A stretch of 64,000 nucleotides of DNA from an uncultured delta proteobacterium (GCA_963804165.1 CAWDPO010000043.1:371750-435749), one strand, 5' to 3'; positions 38,293 to 49,464 are shown, counted from the stretch's first letter. Notes: a model not told the origin generated them from the letters alone. Translations and numbers: made by a program.

Positions 38293-38931
38293 ATGGCACA
38301 GCCGAATTCGACTAGACGCCGCGTCCATTTTTCGATGCTTCGCAGCTACCAGTTGGCGGATCTGCTCACGCTCGCCAACGGCGCAGCCGGAACCGCCTCC
38401 GTTTTCGCCACCATGAGCTATCTGACGACGCCGGAGTATTGGCGCATCTATCTGGCGCTCTTGTTATTGCCGTTGGCACTGATCCTCGACATCGCCGACG
38501 GCAAAGTCGCTCGCCGGCACCGGCAACAATCTCCTTTCGGCCAAGAATTGGATTCCCTTGCGGACATCGTGAGCTTCGGCGTCGCGCCGGCCGCTCTCGC
38601 TTACGGCCTCGGCATGCGCGGCGCCATGGACGTGATTGTCCTTATCTATTTCGTCGCCTGCGGCATCAGCCGCTTAGCCCGCTATAATGTCACCGCCGGG
38701 GAACTCGCCGATGCCACCGGCAAAGTGAAATACTTCGAGGGCACGCCAATCCCGTCGAGCTTAATCCTGGTTGCCGTGCTGGCCCTGTGCGCTTACTTCG
38801 ACCGCACGGGTGACGATTTGCCGCTCGGCGTAATCCAGCTGGGCGATGTCCGCTGGCATCCGCTCTCACTGTTATTTTTTATCAACGGCAGCACGATGAT
38901 CAGCAAAACACTGCGTATCCCAAAGCTTTGA
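38293..38931 (+). CDS. pssA: CDP-alcohol phosphatidyltransferase (phosphatidylserine synthase-like)
   Basis: DIADGKVAR...GQELDSLADIVSFGVAPA and RLARYN motifs. Confidence 0.85.
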   Translation: MAQPNSTRRRVHFSMLRSYQLADLLTLANGAAGTASVFATMSYLTTPEYWRIYLALLLLPLALILDIADGKVARRHRQQSPFGQELDSLADIVSFGVAPAALAYGLGMRGAMDVIVLIYFVACGISRLARYNVTAGELADATGKVKYFEGTPIPSSLILVAVLALCAYFDRTGDDLPLGVIQLGDVRWHPLSLLFFINGSTMISKTLRIPKL

Positions 38932-39006
38932 TTCGGCAAGGTTCGGCGTGCCGGCGGGAACTGGGAATTTGCGTGGTGATCCGCATTCCTGTAAACAGCA
39001 GCGAAG

Positions 39007-39978
39007 ATGAACCGCCAATTTGTGATCGGGTCGTGTGCACTGGCGGCACTTCTGGGCGCCGCCGAAATTTCCCGCGCTCAGGACCGAGTTCACGTCGCCA
39101 TCTCGAATTTCTCCGCGTCCTACATTTCAATGCACATCGCGCAGAAGCGCGGCTTTTACGCCGAAGAAGGAATGAGGGTCGAAGTCATACTGATGGCCGG
39201 ACTCACGAGTACCCGGGCATTGATTGGCAATAGCGTCGAATTTGGCTCGGCGAGCAATCCGACGGCGGCCGTGCAAGGCGCGAAGCTGAAAATCCTTATG
39301 GTGTTCAATGACAAACCGCCGGGAGGATTTATGGCGCAGCCGGGATTCAAGAATGTCGGCGAATTGCGCGGCAAACGCGTCGGCGGTTCGACGGTGGGCA
39401 GTTTGGACTACGGCTGGTTAAAAGAAGTACTGCCGAAGTTCGGCTTGCAACTCGAGAAGGACGTCAACTTCGTTCCCGTCGGCTCGACCAGCTCCCGATA
39501 TACGGCGCTGCGGGCGGGCAGCATCGATGCCGCATCGCTGAGTCCGCCATCGAGCCTGTTGGCCCAATCCGCGGGATTTCCTACTCTGTTTCGCTTCGCC
39601 GATCACTTGGAAGATATTCAAGCATCGATCGTCGCCACCGACGAGCGGCTCGCGCGCCAGGGTGATTTGGTGCGCCGCTTCATGCGCGCCACCGTCAAAG
39701 GCCAGCGTGTCTATCTGACGAATCGTCAAGCGGGGATCGTCGCGCTCATGGAGTTCACGCGCCAAACCGACCGCGAGCTCATGGCGCGCGTCTACGACGA
39801 CCACATGAAAACCGTCGCGCGCGACGGCACGATTCCTGAACAGCTGCAGCGTATCGTCATCGATCGGAGCAAACGATTCACCGGCGTAACACGCGACGTC
39901 CGCCCCGAAGAGATTTTTGATTTTTCCTTTTTGAATCGCGCTCAAGCCGAAGTGGCACAGAGCGGCTGGACGCCGTAG
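39007..39978 (+). CDS. NMT1/SsuA-like ABC substrate-binding protein
   Basis: KRGFYAEEG and ELRGKRVG motifs, signal peptide. Confidence 0.85.
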   Translation: MNRQFVIGSCALAALLGAAEISRAQDRVHVAISNFSASYISMHIAQKRGFYAEEGMRVEVILMAGLTSTRALIGNSVEFGSASNPTAAVQGAKLKILMVFNDKPPGGFMAQPGFKNVGELRGKRVGGSTVGSLDYGWLKEVLPKFGLQLEKDVNFVPVGSTSSRYTALRAGSIDAASLSPPSSLLAQSAGFPTLFRFADHLEDIQASIVATDERLARQGDLVRRFMRATVKGQRVYLTNRQAGIVALMEFTRQTDRELMARVYDDHMKTVARDGTIPEQLQRIVIDRSKRFTGVTRDVRPEEIFDFSFLNRAQAEVAQSGWTP

Positions 39979-40077
39979 GTCCAGGGTTCTTTCCAGGCTC
40001 CGCGAGCGGGTATTGTTTTCGCCGCGCCCTTTGGAGAGGCCGCCGCGCAGCGGCGGGTGAGGGTAAACGGATCGGTT

Positions 40078-41010
40078 TTACTTCAACCAGCCGGTTTCTC
40101 GATACGCCTTGATCGCGCCCAGATGTAACGGCACGCCGCCGAATTCGAACGACGCGGCGCCCTCGGTGCGCAATGGTTCAAACAAATTTTTCAATCCCTT
40201 GAACAACGGATTCATCTCCGGCAGCTTGTCCAGGTTGCCAACGATCGCCTTGGCCATGTCATGGACAACGTTTTCGGAAATTCTTTCGTGCGTGACCAGG
40301 ACATTGATGACACCGACCTGTGTCACATTCTCCACCACGCCGCGGAAAGCATTGTTTTCGATTACCACCGGACGATAAAACGGCACCTGCGCGAGGACTT
40401 TGTCGAGCTGGCCCGAGCCGAAGGGAACCACTCGAATATCGGCGCGCTGACTCAGATCGGTCAACACTTTATTCGGGATCGGCGGATGGAATTGCACGTC
40501 GATCTCGCCGGCGGTCAACGCCTCCGCACCATCGACAAAACTCAAGTGCACCGGCGTGAAGCTGTCGAAGGGAATCCCCAACGCGCCGAAGATCGTGTGG
40601 ATGTGTTGCTCCATGCCGCTGCCTTTGGTGCCGATGGCGACGCGCTTGCCTTTGAAGTCAGCCACGGATTGAATCGGCGAGCTCGCCAGTTTGATAAAAC
40701 ACATCGGTCCCGCATTGGCCGGCGCGACCATGCGCACGGCGATCGGCTTGGTAAACGGCGCCACGGCATTTTTCGCGCGGCCGATCCAATTGGACGCCAT
40801 GAAGCCGAATTCAAGCTCGCCGCGATCGAGCTGCTCGGCGTTATGGATGCTTGCATCGGTGGTTTCCACCGTGCACCGTTCATCTCCCGTATGATCGCGA
40901 TTGAATAGCTCAGCCAATGCCAAGCCCTGGGTGTAAAACGTTCCGCCGTATTCCGATGTGCCCATTCTCGCCGTCATAATCGTAGTCCCCGCTTTCTCTT
41001 TTTCGCTCAC
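40078..41010 (-). CDS. TAXI-family TRAP solute-binding protein
   Basis: GTSEYGGTFY, T.AS..N, FKGKRVAIG..GSG and VPLH.GA..AYRE motifs. Confidence 0.85.
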   Translation of the reverse strand: MSEKEKAGTTIMTARMGTSEYGGTFYTQGLALAELFNRDHTGDERCTVETTDASIHNAEQLDRGELEFGFMASNWIGRAKNAVAPFTKPIAVRMVAPANAGPMCFIKLASSPIQSVADFKGKRVAIGTKGSGMEQHIHTIFGALGIPFDSFTPVHLSFVDGAEALTAGEIDVQFHPPIPNKVLTDLSQRADIRVVPFGSGQLDKVLAQVPFYRPVVIENNAFRGVVENVTQVGVINVLVTHERISENVVHDMAKAIVGNLDKLPEMNPLFKGLKNLFEPLRTEGAASFEFGGVPLHLGAIKAYRETGWLK

Positions 41011-41167
41011 TCCGTATCCAATTGTTCCCTCTTATACTACCTGGTCGGAACGCTGCAAACCGCGATGAATTTGCGTGTTTGGATTCTACTTAAGAATCAA
41101 CGCTGCCAGCCGATTTTCAGAAAGATAGGCCGCCAACCTTTCCCCAAGACGAAGGAAATCACGCAGC

Positions 41168-41818
41168 ATGTTCGTTGAAAAATGGATGACACCAAACCCG
41201 AAAACAATTCCACCCGATGCATCGATCTCTTACGTGGCGATGGAAATGAACCGGCTCAAGTTCCGCCACTTTCCGGTGGCCGAACCGACGCAATCAGGTC
41301 AACGCCTGGTCGGCATCGTGTCAAAGTATGACATCGCCAGAGGTTTTCCCTCAAACCTCAACCCGTTCTCGCTAGAAGTGGTGGAAGATTCGGTAACCCG
41401 GCCGGTTTCATCGGTCATGACCAAAAAGGTTTTAACGACGACTCTCGATGGTCCTATCGAAGATGCGGCACGGACGCTGCGGAGCAATCGCATCGGCGCG
41501 CTGCCGGTGCTGCGGGAGAACAAGCTGATCGGCATCATTACCGAGTCCGATGTCTTCGAAGCCTTCATCAACATGACCGCCGCAAAAAGTGGCGGCGTCC
41601 GTATTCTTGTCGAATCCGAATCGCCTGACAGTCCCGTGCCGACCGTGCTGCAACTCGGCCGCGATTATCGCGTCGATATCTTGAGCATGGTCGCTTTTCA
41701 TGAGAATCGTCTGCGCGGTCAGGATCTGACGATCTTTCGTTTCGGCAAACGGCTTCCGGCTGGATTTCTCCAGGAAATCTCTAAAGCCGGTTATCGCATC
41801 GTCAGCCTCGAGGGGTGA
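41168..41818 (+). CDS. CBS-pair protein (AcuB-like), paralog 1
   Basis: MFVEKWMTPNP and IGALPV...LIGIITESD motifs. Confidence 0.88.
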   Translation: MFVEKWMTPNPKTIPPDASISYVAMEMNRLKFRHFPVAEPTQSGQRLVGIVSKYDIARGFPSNLNPFSLEVVEDSVTRPVSSVMTKKVLTTTLDGPIEDAARTLRSNRIGALPVLRENKLIGIITESDVFEAFINMTAAKSGGVRILVESESPDSPVPTVLQLGRDYRVDILSMVAFHENRLRGQDLTIFRFGKRLPAGFLQEISKAGYRIVSLEG

Positions 41819-42058
41819 AAACCGCGCTTGAACGGCGTGCCGCTCAATATCCGAGCGTACTGCTTCAGATCAGAAAATCCTGAGTCGGTCGATCGATCTG
41901 CGTAGCTAGGTGTGTGGCTCTGCCGGCCCAGCGCCTTCGCCAAAGTGCCGCTCCTTCCAGCGCCCCGGGTATTCATGCGCCGCTATAGTTCGTTCCTAAA
42001 ATGCCGATTTTAGGTATTGACGCATTATAAATCTTGGGGCGAAGGAGTCCCGGCAACT

Positions 42059-42707
42059 ATGTTCGTTGAAAAATGGATGACGCCGAATCCGTTCACCCTG
42101 CCGCCTGACACGACGATTTCGGCGGCGGCGGCGGAGATGCGCCAGCACCATTTTCGTCATCTGCTGGTGACCGAATCCAATCCGACCGGTAAAAGACTTC
42201 TCGGGCTTTTGGCAAAAGACAATATCGCGCGGGCATTTCCCAGCGACTACAACCCATTTTCTCCGCAACCTATCGAAAAACTCGTTTCCCAACCGATCTC
42301 CACGATCATGATCCACAACGTGGCGACTGTGGAGCCGTATTGCGCTATTGAGGAAGCCGTGCACGTCCTGCGCACCCGCCGTATCAACGCGCTACCCGTC
42401 GTGCGCAACGGTAACCTCGTCGGGATCATCACTGAAACCGACATTTACGACGCATTGTTGGACATGACCGGCACCAACGCCGCCGGAGTCAAGCTGATCG
42501 TGGAATCCGATGATGTCAAAAACGCGTTGCTGTCGATGGGGCAACTTTGTGATCGCTATCAATTGCACTTGCTCAATGCGCTGTCGTTTCGCGACAAACT
42601 ATCACCGAACAAAGTTGTCTCCGCGTTCCACTTTGCCGGCAAGACCAATTCCCACTTTGCCGACGATCTCCACAAACACGGCTTTCGCGTGCTGAAAAAT
42701 CGACTGA
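42059..42707 (+). CDS. CBS-pair protein, paralog 2 (one extra A near 42698 masks the stop)
   Basis: Same start and motifs; removing one A gives ...GFRVLKID*, similar in length to the other paralogs. Confidence 0.8.
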
Positions 42708-42839
42708 GCGTGCGTCCCACCGAGCGCATACTCAGTCGCTATCTGACCCGCACAGAGACCCTCATTGTTATAGAAGTATTGCAGTTACCGATCTTAATCA
42801 TCCGCAGCATTCGACCCGCGCGCTCCAGGAGTCAAAGGC

Positions 42840-43493
42840 ATGTTTGTCGAAAAATGGATGACGCCCAACCCGGTGACACTCGCGCCGAGCACGACGATTT
42901 CAGCGGCGGCTTTGGAGATGAGCCGCCATAAGTTTAGACACTTGCTCGTCACGCAGCCCTCGACCACAGGTAAAAAACTAGTAGGTCTGTTATCGAAGTA
43001 CGACATCGCCCGCGCTTTTCCCGGTAACTTCAATCCGTTTTCCCTCGAAGTCACCGCCAGCACGGTTCCTAACCCAGTGAGCACGATCATGATTCGCAAT
43101 GTCGTAACGGTGGAGCCTTACTGCGCCGTCGAAGAAGCGGCACGGATCATGCTCACCCGGCAAATAAACGCTCTTCCGGTCGTGCGCAGCGGCAACCTCG
43201 TCGGTATCATCACGGAATCGGACATCTTTGGCGCCCTTCTCGGCATGACCGGCGCAAACGCCCGCGGCGTCAAGATGATCATCGAGTCCAGGGATGTGAA
43301 AACGGCTTTGAGTTCGGTCACGCAGCTCAGCGAGAAACATCATTTGCAAATTCAAAGCGCCATATCGTTTCACGACCACGAGTCGCCGAACAAAGTCGTC
43401 TCAGCTTTCCATTTCTCCGCCCAACCAAACGCTCAATTTGTCCAAGAGCTAATCACGCTAGGTTTCCGCGTCGTGCGCGTCAGCAACTCGTAG
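42840..43493 (+). CDS. CBS-pair protein, paralog 3
   Basis: MFVEKWMTPNP and INALPVV...LVGIITESD motifs. Confidence 0.88.
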   Translation: MFVEKWMTPNPVTLAPSTTISAAALEMSRHKFRHLLVTQPSTTGKKLVGLLSKYDIARAFPGNFNPFSLEVTASTVPNPVSTIMIRNVVTVEPYCAVEEAARIMLTRQINALPVVRSGNLVGIITESDIFGALLGMTGANARGVKMIIESRDVKTALSSVTQLSEKHHLQIQSAISFHDHESPNKVVSAFHFSAQPNAQFVQELITLGFRVVRVSNS

Positions 43494-43743
43494 CGATTGG
43501 TTCAAGCGCGCGCGATCGCGCCGGATCGCCGTCAGTGACTATATTCCAACAAATTTGGGTTCGAAGGGCCGTACCGAGACGGGCCTCATAAAGCGTCCCT
43601 CACAGCTTTCCCTCCCGACGAGACAGACCTTTTTATTGACGCAAAGGCAGGATCTGTAATAGCGTTTCCCCAAAAGCGCGCGCGATCCTCAGCGAGGCCC
43701 GCTTCACGCGTCAAAGCGACAAGACGGAAAGGAAATAATCTTT

Positions 43744-44862
43744 ATGGCTATCATCGATTTGGATTCTCACCTACGTGATGGCTGGTTACTCGATGAGATC
43801 TACCAGCTGCCGGAACCTTTCGCTAAGTTCTCGCCGAAACGGATCGGCGACGGAAAATATTTTTATTCCAAGTTCGAGCATAATCTCTCGCCGATGGAAG
43901 ATCCGATCGCCAACGCAAATTTCAAAAAGCCGGTGACGCACCAGGTTTTTTACAATCCGGAAGCGAATCAGCGGGGCAACGAGGTCATGCGCTGGCAACA
44001 AGGCGGGTACGACATGGAATACCGCATGAAGGATAACGCCCGCGAAGACATCGATTTTCAGCTGATCTTTCCGACTCAAATCGACATACCGTCACAGAAT
44101 CCGGGTGCGTTGGGTGCAGCGGTCGCGCGCGCTTACAACGATTGGGCGCACAAACTCGTCGCCGGTTATCGCGACCGGCTCTCACCCGTAGCGATGATGC
44201 CCGCCGGCTGCCCGGAGGAAATGCCCAACGAGCTTAGACATTGCGTCGACGATCTCGGTTGCAAAGCCGCTCACTTGGTGAGCTACACCAAAGACAAACA
44301 GATGGACGATCCGGCTTTCTTTCCGCTTTACCAGGCCGCGCAAGAGTTGGACGTCCCGCTCTTCTGCCATCCCAGCACGCTCGGCGACGCCGGAACGTTA
44401 ATTAATCGCCAAACCCATTTTTTCCCCATGCATATCCTAGGGCGCCCGCTCAACTGCGTGGCGCCGCTGGTCGCCATGGTTCTCGGCGGGGTATTTGAAA
44501 AATTTCCGCGCTTGAAAGTCGTTTTCTTCGAAGTCACGGCGGAGTTTTTGGTCTTCTGGATGCACCGCATGGACGACGACTACGAAGTCATCAAGGACGC
44601 CGGCATGTGCCCGCAGCTGAGCATACTGCCGTCTGAGTACGTGAAACGAAACTGCTACGTCACCTGCGAGGCCGACGAAAAATGGCTGCCCTTTGCCCTG
44701 GCCGAGGTCGGCGAGACCCACGTTCTCATGGCGACGGACTATCCCCACTTCGACTCGACGTTTCCCAAGACCGTGAGCGGCATCCGCGAACGGCCAGATA
44801 TTTCACCTAAACAGAAAAAACTGATCCTCGAAGACAACGCGTTGAATCTGATTCGCATGTAG
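43744..44862 (+). CDS. Amidohydrolase_2 family (ACMSD/decarboxylase-like)
   Basis: IDLDSH, PLFCHP, GVFEKFPRLKV and ATDYPHFD motifs. Confidence 0.88.
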   Translation: MAIIDLDSHLRDGWLLDEIYQLPEPFAKFSPKRIGDGKYFYSKFEHNLSPMEDPIANANFKKPVTHQVFYNPEANQRGNEVMRWQQGGYDMEYRMKDNAREDIDFQLIFPTQIDIPSQNPGALGAAVARAYNDWAHKLVAGYRDRLSPVAMMPAGCPEEMPNELRHCVDDLGCKAAHLVSYTKDKQMDDPAFFPLYQAAQELDVPLFCHPSTLGDAGTLINRQTHFFPMHILGRPLNCVAPLVAMVLGGVFEKFPRLKVVFFEVTAEFLVFWMHRMDDDYEVIKDAGMCPQLSILPSEYVKRNCYVTCEADEKWLPFALAEVGETHVLMATDYPHFDSTFPKTVSGIRERPDISPKQKKLILEDNALNLIRM

Positions 44863-44885
44863 ACTTCTCGGCAGGAGCATCGCAA

Positions 44886-45891
44886 ATGATTCGTCTATCA
44901 CTCCTATCTGTCCTAGGGATTCTATCCCTCGTATCAATCGCCGGAGCGCAGGACGCCAAACTCATCGAAGCCGCGAAGAAAGAAAGCGGCGCGATCATCG
45001 CCTACGGCTCCTTGGAATCCAACACCGTGGAGCCGATCATCGAAGCATTCAAGAAAAAAACCGGCCTAACGGTGGAGTACTGGCGCGCCTCGGCGACCAA
45101 AGTGATGGACCGCGCGCTGGCGGAACAACGCGCCGGCAAATCCATTTTCGACGTGATGGTGAACAACAGCGGCGCCATTCACGTCATGAAAAAGGAGGGT
45201 TTGTTCGCCAAATACATTTCGCCTGCGGCAAAGGCGTTTCCCAAAGAGGTGATCGATCCCGATCTCGGTCCGGTCTATCGCAACACGCCCATCGGCATCG
45301 TCTATAACAAAGGCGGAGTGAGCGCAGCGGAGACGCCGCGTTCTTTGGAAGATCTGCCCAATCCCAAGTATCGGGGCAAGTTCGTCATGCCCGATCCGAC
45401 ACAGCACACGACGACGCTCCAGTGGTTGGCAAGCTTGTATAAAATTATGGGCAGGGAAAAGGCCGACAAGTTCATTCGCGAGTTGGGCGCAGCCAAGCCA
45501 CTGCTGGTCGAATCTTTCGCGCCGTCCGCCGAGCGCGTGTCGACCGGCGAGACCCCGATCGCGATCAGCTTGATCCGCTACACGGTGACCTACGGCGAAA
45601 AAGGCGCGCCGGTGGACTACGTGAGACTCGGCAAGATGCTCAGCACCGGCCAATATCTCGCGCTCAGCAACAAAGCGACTCGGCCGAATGGCGGTAAGGC
45701 CTTCATAGATTTTTTTCTCGGCGACGAGAGCATGAGAATCCTCGCCAAGATGGGCGAGTTCGTCAATCGCAAAGGGATCTATCCGCCGCTACCGGGCGCC
45801 GATAAAATTCAAGCGGTGGAAATGGACGACTTCGACGCCAATGAATTCAAAGAAAAAGCCCAGGAGTTTCAGAAGATATTTCTTGAAATAG
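44886..45891 (+). CDS. Extracellular solute-binding protein (Fe3+/thiamine-type); an indel at the 3' end masks the stop
   Basis: LIEAAKKE, FKKKTG, IVYN and PNGGKAFIDF motifs; probable end ...KIFLK*. Confidence 0.8.
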
Positions 45892-45902
45892 GGAGGCACC
45901 CT

Positions 45903-46299
45903 ATGGCGAGGAAGAGAATTTCTCAAAGCCGACGCGCGCCAGCGCGAGCGCGCCTACTCGCCCGCCGTCAAGATCAACGGCGGCACGACGATATACCTGG
46001 CCGGGCACACGGGTTACCAAGACGAACGAGGAGAGACGTATCCAGGCGACTTTGATGGCCAAGTGCGCGTGGCGTTCGAACGCATGCGCAAAACCCTCGA
46101 AAGCGCCGGCGGCAAACTCGATGACATCGCCACCATGACGGTCTTTGTCACCGACATGGCCAACGGCACTCGCTTCACCCAGCTCAGAAAGGAATTTTTC
46201 AAAGAAGGCAGCTACCCTGCCAGCGCGCTGATTGGCATAAAAGAACTGGCGCGGCCCGAAATGATGATCGAGATTCAGGCGATCGCGGCAATGGATTGA
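45903..46299 (+). CDS. RidA/YjgF family protein (indels in the 5' part)
   Basis: YSPAV...IYLAGHTG, YPASALIGIKELARPEMMIEIQAIA; GGAGG RBS. Confidence 0.8.
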
Positions 46300-46312
46300 G
46301 AGAAAATAAAAA

Positions 46313-46525
46313 CCCGAATATCGAAACCCGAAATTCGAAAAACATCCAACTGCTTTAAATGAACAAATTTCTAAACCAGGACGGTTTACATTCGAAAACT
46401 GTCATGCTGAGCGACGCGAAGCATCTGCTTTTTGAAACTCGCAAAGCTGATTCTTCGGCGCAATTGATCCTGAGACATCGAAGAGATCGAGTGTTTTAAT
46501 TTGTTTCGGATTTCGATATTGGATT
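46313..46525. repeat. Composite palindromic repeat
   Basis: AATATCGAAACCCGAAA ... TTTCGGATTTCGATATT outer inverted repeat enclosing GTCATGCTGAGCGACGCGAAGCATCT. Confidence 0.5.
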
Positions 46526-46551
46526 TTAGCTTTCGTCGATGGAGGTGAACT

Positions 46552-46920
46552 ATGGAATCGCCGTTCAAAGTCACGGGTATCGACCACGTGGTGCTTCACA
46601 TCAAAGATCTCGCACGCGCGAAGAAGTTCTATATCGATTTCTTAGGCATGGAGATCGACCACGAAAGTTCGTGGCAGTGTTTCCTCAAGTGCGGTAGCCA
46701 AGGCGTCGCGCTCTTCGAAGTCGAAGACGACGAAGACGTCCACGGCGGCAGCGAAGTCAATCACATGGCGCTGCGCTTGGCCGCCGGCGATTACGACCGC
46801 GTCAAAGCGACGCTCGAAAACGCCGGGATCAAAGTCCACGGCCGCAAAAACGACCCGCACTGCATCTACTTCAACGATCCCGACGGGCACCAGCTGCAAC
46901 TTTTGATGCCGAATGAATAA
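46552..46920 (+). CDS. VOC/glyoxalase family protein
   Basis: GIDHVVL, NHMAL and IYFNDPDGHQLQL motifs. Confidence 0.88.
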   Translation: MESPFKVTGIDHVVLHIKDLARAKKFYIDFLGMEIDHESSWQCFLKCGSQGVALFEVEDDEDVHGGSEVNHMALRLAAGDYDRVKATLENAGIKVHGRKNDPHCIYFNDPDGHQLQLLMPNE

Positions 46921-47098
46921 CCGGACCGCCCGGCCAAGTAGTCTACTTTGCGGTAGTGTATTTGAAATACGCTGGTCGGAGTATTGTGGTAGCGTGCTCG
47001 GCGTTTCATAAGTTGCAGGATAACCGAGTGATTAATTATGTCGTGTTTCTTCATTCCTCTAAAGTTAACCGGCACCTTTCTGCGAATCTGAAATCGTT

Positions 47099-47475
47099 AT
47101 GGACCTAAATCGGACGAACCAATCCCATCAGCGGCCAATCGAAAAACAGATCGAACGAATCCGTAATGTGCCGCGGCTTGTTCGCCTAAGCGGCTCATTG
47201 TTTACACGGCTCTCTGTACCGCTCTGATCGGAAGTCTCGCAAGTTCCACTGAGTTTATCGGTGACGCCGGTATCCCGGTTCTCTTGGTCTGCGTGATTGT
47301 TATTGCCGTCGCGAAGTGTCTCTTCATCTTTGCGGCATATTCGCGATGCCCGATGTGCGGGAGATTCTTCTTCGTTCAATGGCCTGCCGTACAAAATTCG
47401 GCACCGGTAGCTTCATTCATTTCGCGGCTTCTCGACGCCAACCCATCATGCCTTCACTGTGGTTTTCAGCCGTAG
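47099..47475 (+). pseudogene. Degraded small membrane protein with a C-terminal zinc ribbon
   Basis: CPMCG...CLHCG after a hydrophobic segment; 5' part out of frame. Confidence 0.4.
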
Positions 47476-47583
47476 ATCTGGAGCGAGGTGTAAAGTCGTT
47501 TGTCCTTGGTAGAACCTTATATGGCAAACGCCTAATCGATCGGACTTGATTTTATTTCCACAAAGCCGGACCCTGTCACGTAT

Positions 47584-49341
47584 ATGAGCCAACGGTCCGA
47601 TCCCATTACCGTCGCCCTCACTGGACAGCTTTCTTTCATTCTCATCGTCTCCACGCTTCTCGCGCTGGTTGCTTCGTATCTTCTCTTGCGCCTTTACCGC
47701 CGCGCGGTGATCAGATCGATGCTGCTCCGCAGCCGGAGTGAGATCCTTCAGACCAGGGGTTATTTGCCGTCAGAAACGGATCACAGGTCGAATGACGCTC
47801 CGCTCGGATTCAATTTCATTACGTGGACTGCGGCGCGAGGGAATCGCGCTGCGACTGCCCTTTATCGCAGAGCCAATCGCCGCAAATGGCTTACCGCCTT
47901 TATCCATATAATTGCCGGCTGCTGTTTTGCGGCGGCGATGACCGCTGCGTTTTTGACTGCGGGAAAAATGGACTTCCTCCCTTTCCGTTTCATGTATCTC
48001 ACGTGGGTCAATTCCTGGCCGGTCCTCATCGCGGTTGATCTCGCGGTGGGGCTTTCGCGGCGCGGCAAACTCATCGGCGCGGTGATTTATTTTCTGATCG
48101 GCGGCGTTTTAGGAGCTGTTCTTTTGGCCAAGAGTCCCGGACAGCCGGTCGGCCAATTGCTCTACCTATGGCTTGAATTCAACGCCGTGCCCACCGTCTT
48201 GCTCCTGGTCTTTCTCAATCGCCGCATCCGCGCTTTGGGTCCACTGGTTTTGGTTTTCATGATTTTGAGCGTCACCGGCGCGAGTTTCGTGGTCACCCTG
48301 ACCGGTAACAATCAGAAGTTGCTGAGGGCGGTCAGCGATTTCAGTTACTCCATCGGACTCGGCGCGCGCGCAACCATGGTCGCGCTGCATTTGATCGGCT
48401 TCGCGGCCTTCGCCGTCCTCGGCTGGCTTATTTTGGGATTGCTGCGCCGGCTCTATGAAAAAAAAATTATCAGCGAATCCTCGATCAACGTCGATGCCAT
48501 GTGGCTGCTCTTCGGCATCGTGAATTCCATCGGCCTGGTTTTCGAAGGCCGCGTCTGGATTTTTAGCGGTCTCGCCGCATTTGCCCTGTACAAACTCGTC
48601 GCCGCAGCTTTGTTTCGCGCGCTCGGAGTCGCACGGCGCGCGCGACCGCGCGGTCCCCGGCTGCTGTTTCTCCGCGTCTTTGCTCTCGGCAAGCGCAGCG
48701 AGAGCCTCTACGACACGCTCGGTAAATCCTGGCGCACCGTCGGCAGCATGCAGATGATCGCCGGGCCGGATCTGGCCACGTCGACCATCGAGCCCCATGA
48801 ATTCCTCGATTTCGTCAGTGGAAAATTAGACCGCCGCTTCATCGACTCGGGCGGCACCCTCGACCTGCGCATCGATCAGATGGACTTGGAACCCGACGGG
48901 GAAGGACAGTTTCGCGTCACCGAGTTTTTCTGCCACGACGATACCTGGAAAATGACTTTGGCCCGGCTCGCCGACGACAGCGACGCCGTGTTGATGGACC
49001 TGCGCGGCTTCAACGAAATCAACGGCGGCTGCATCTTCGAAATCAACGAGCTTTTCAATCTCGCCCAGCTCCAGCGCGTCGTGTTCGCCATCGACGAGAC
49101 CACGGATCAGGAGTTCATGCGCAAGACCATGCAGAACTCATGGCGGCGGATGAGAGACCATTCGCCCAATCGCCGGCTCGGCGGCGACGGTCAAGTATCG
49201 CTCGTCCAATTTTCTCGATCACGTGCCGGAGAATTGCGCGATTTACTCTACGCGGTCAGTGCTGCGGCGAGCGGGCTCAGTCTGAGTAAGGCGGCCAAGC
49301 CACAAATCGCGAATAGCGACTCGCAGGAATTTTCCTGGTGA
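47584..49341 (+). CDS. Multi-TM membrane protein with a C-terminal alpha/beta (possibly TIR-like) domain
   Basis: About 10 hydrophobic segments, then LLFLRVF...IAGPDL...W...L...SDAVLMDLRGF...GCIFEI. Confidence 0.75.
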   Translation: MSQRSDPITVALTGQLSFILIVSTLLALVASYLLLRLYRRAVIRSMLLRSRSEILQTRGYLPSETDHRSNDAPLGFNFITWTAARGNRAATALYRRANRRKWLTAFIHIIAGCCFAAAMTAAFLTAGKMDFLPFRFMYLTWVNSWPVLIAVDLAVGLSRRGKLIGAVIYFLIGGVLGAVLLAKSPGQPVGQLLYLWLEFNAVPTVLLLVFLNRRIRALGPLVLVFMILSVTGASFVVTLTGNNQKLLRAVSDFSYSIGLGARATMVALHLIGFAAFAVLGWLILGLLRRLYEKKIISESSINVDAMWLLFGIVNSIGLVFEGRVWIFSGLAAFALYKLVAAALFRALGVARRARPRGPRLLFLRVFALGKRSESLYDTLGKSWRTVGSMQMIAGPDLATSTIEPHEFLDFVSGKLDRRFIDSGGTLDLRIDQMDLEPDGEGQFRVTEFFCHDDTWKMTLARLADDSDAVLMDLRGFNEINGGCIFEINELFNLAQLQRVVFAIDETTDQEFMRKTMQNSWRRMRDHSPNRRLGGDGQVSLVQFSRSRAGELRDLLYAVSAAASGLSLSKAAKPQIANSDSQEFSW

Positions 49342-49464
49342 TTTCGTCTTTTTTGTAAACGAATCGTGCTCGTGCTTACCACAACAGGCATCACGCACAT
49401 GAATCAGCGTCAGATTTAAGGAAACTCCTCACCCTTGACCCTTCACGCCTGACGTTTTTTCACC

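Noticed and set aside
42017-42931. Long 304-aa CBS protein overlapping the next paralog
   Set aside because: One extra A in an A-run explains the read-through; the corrected length matches the other two paralogs.
44886-46055. SBP-RidA fusion or C-terminally extended SBP
   Set aside because: The extension is out-of-frame RidA sequence caused by indels; RidA has its own RBS and ATG at 45903.
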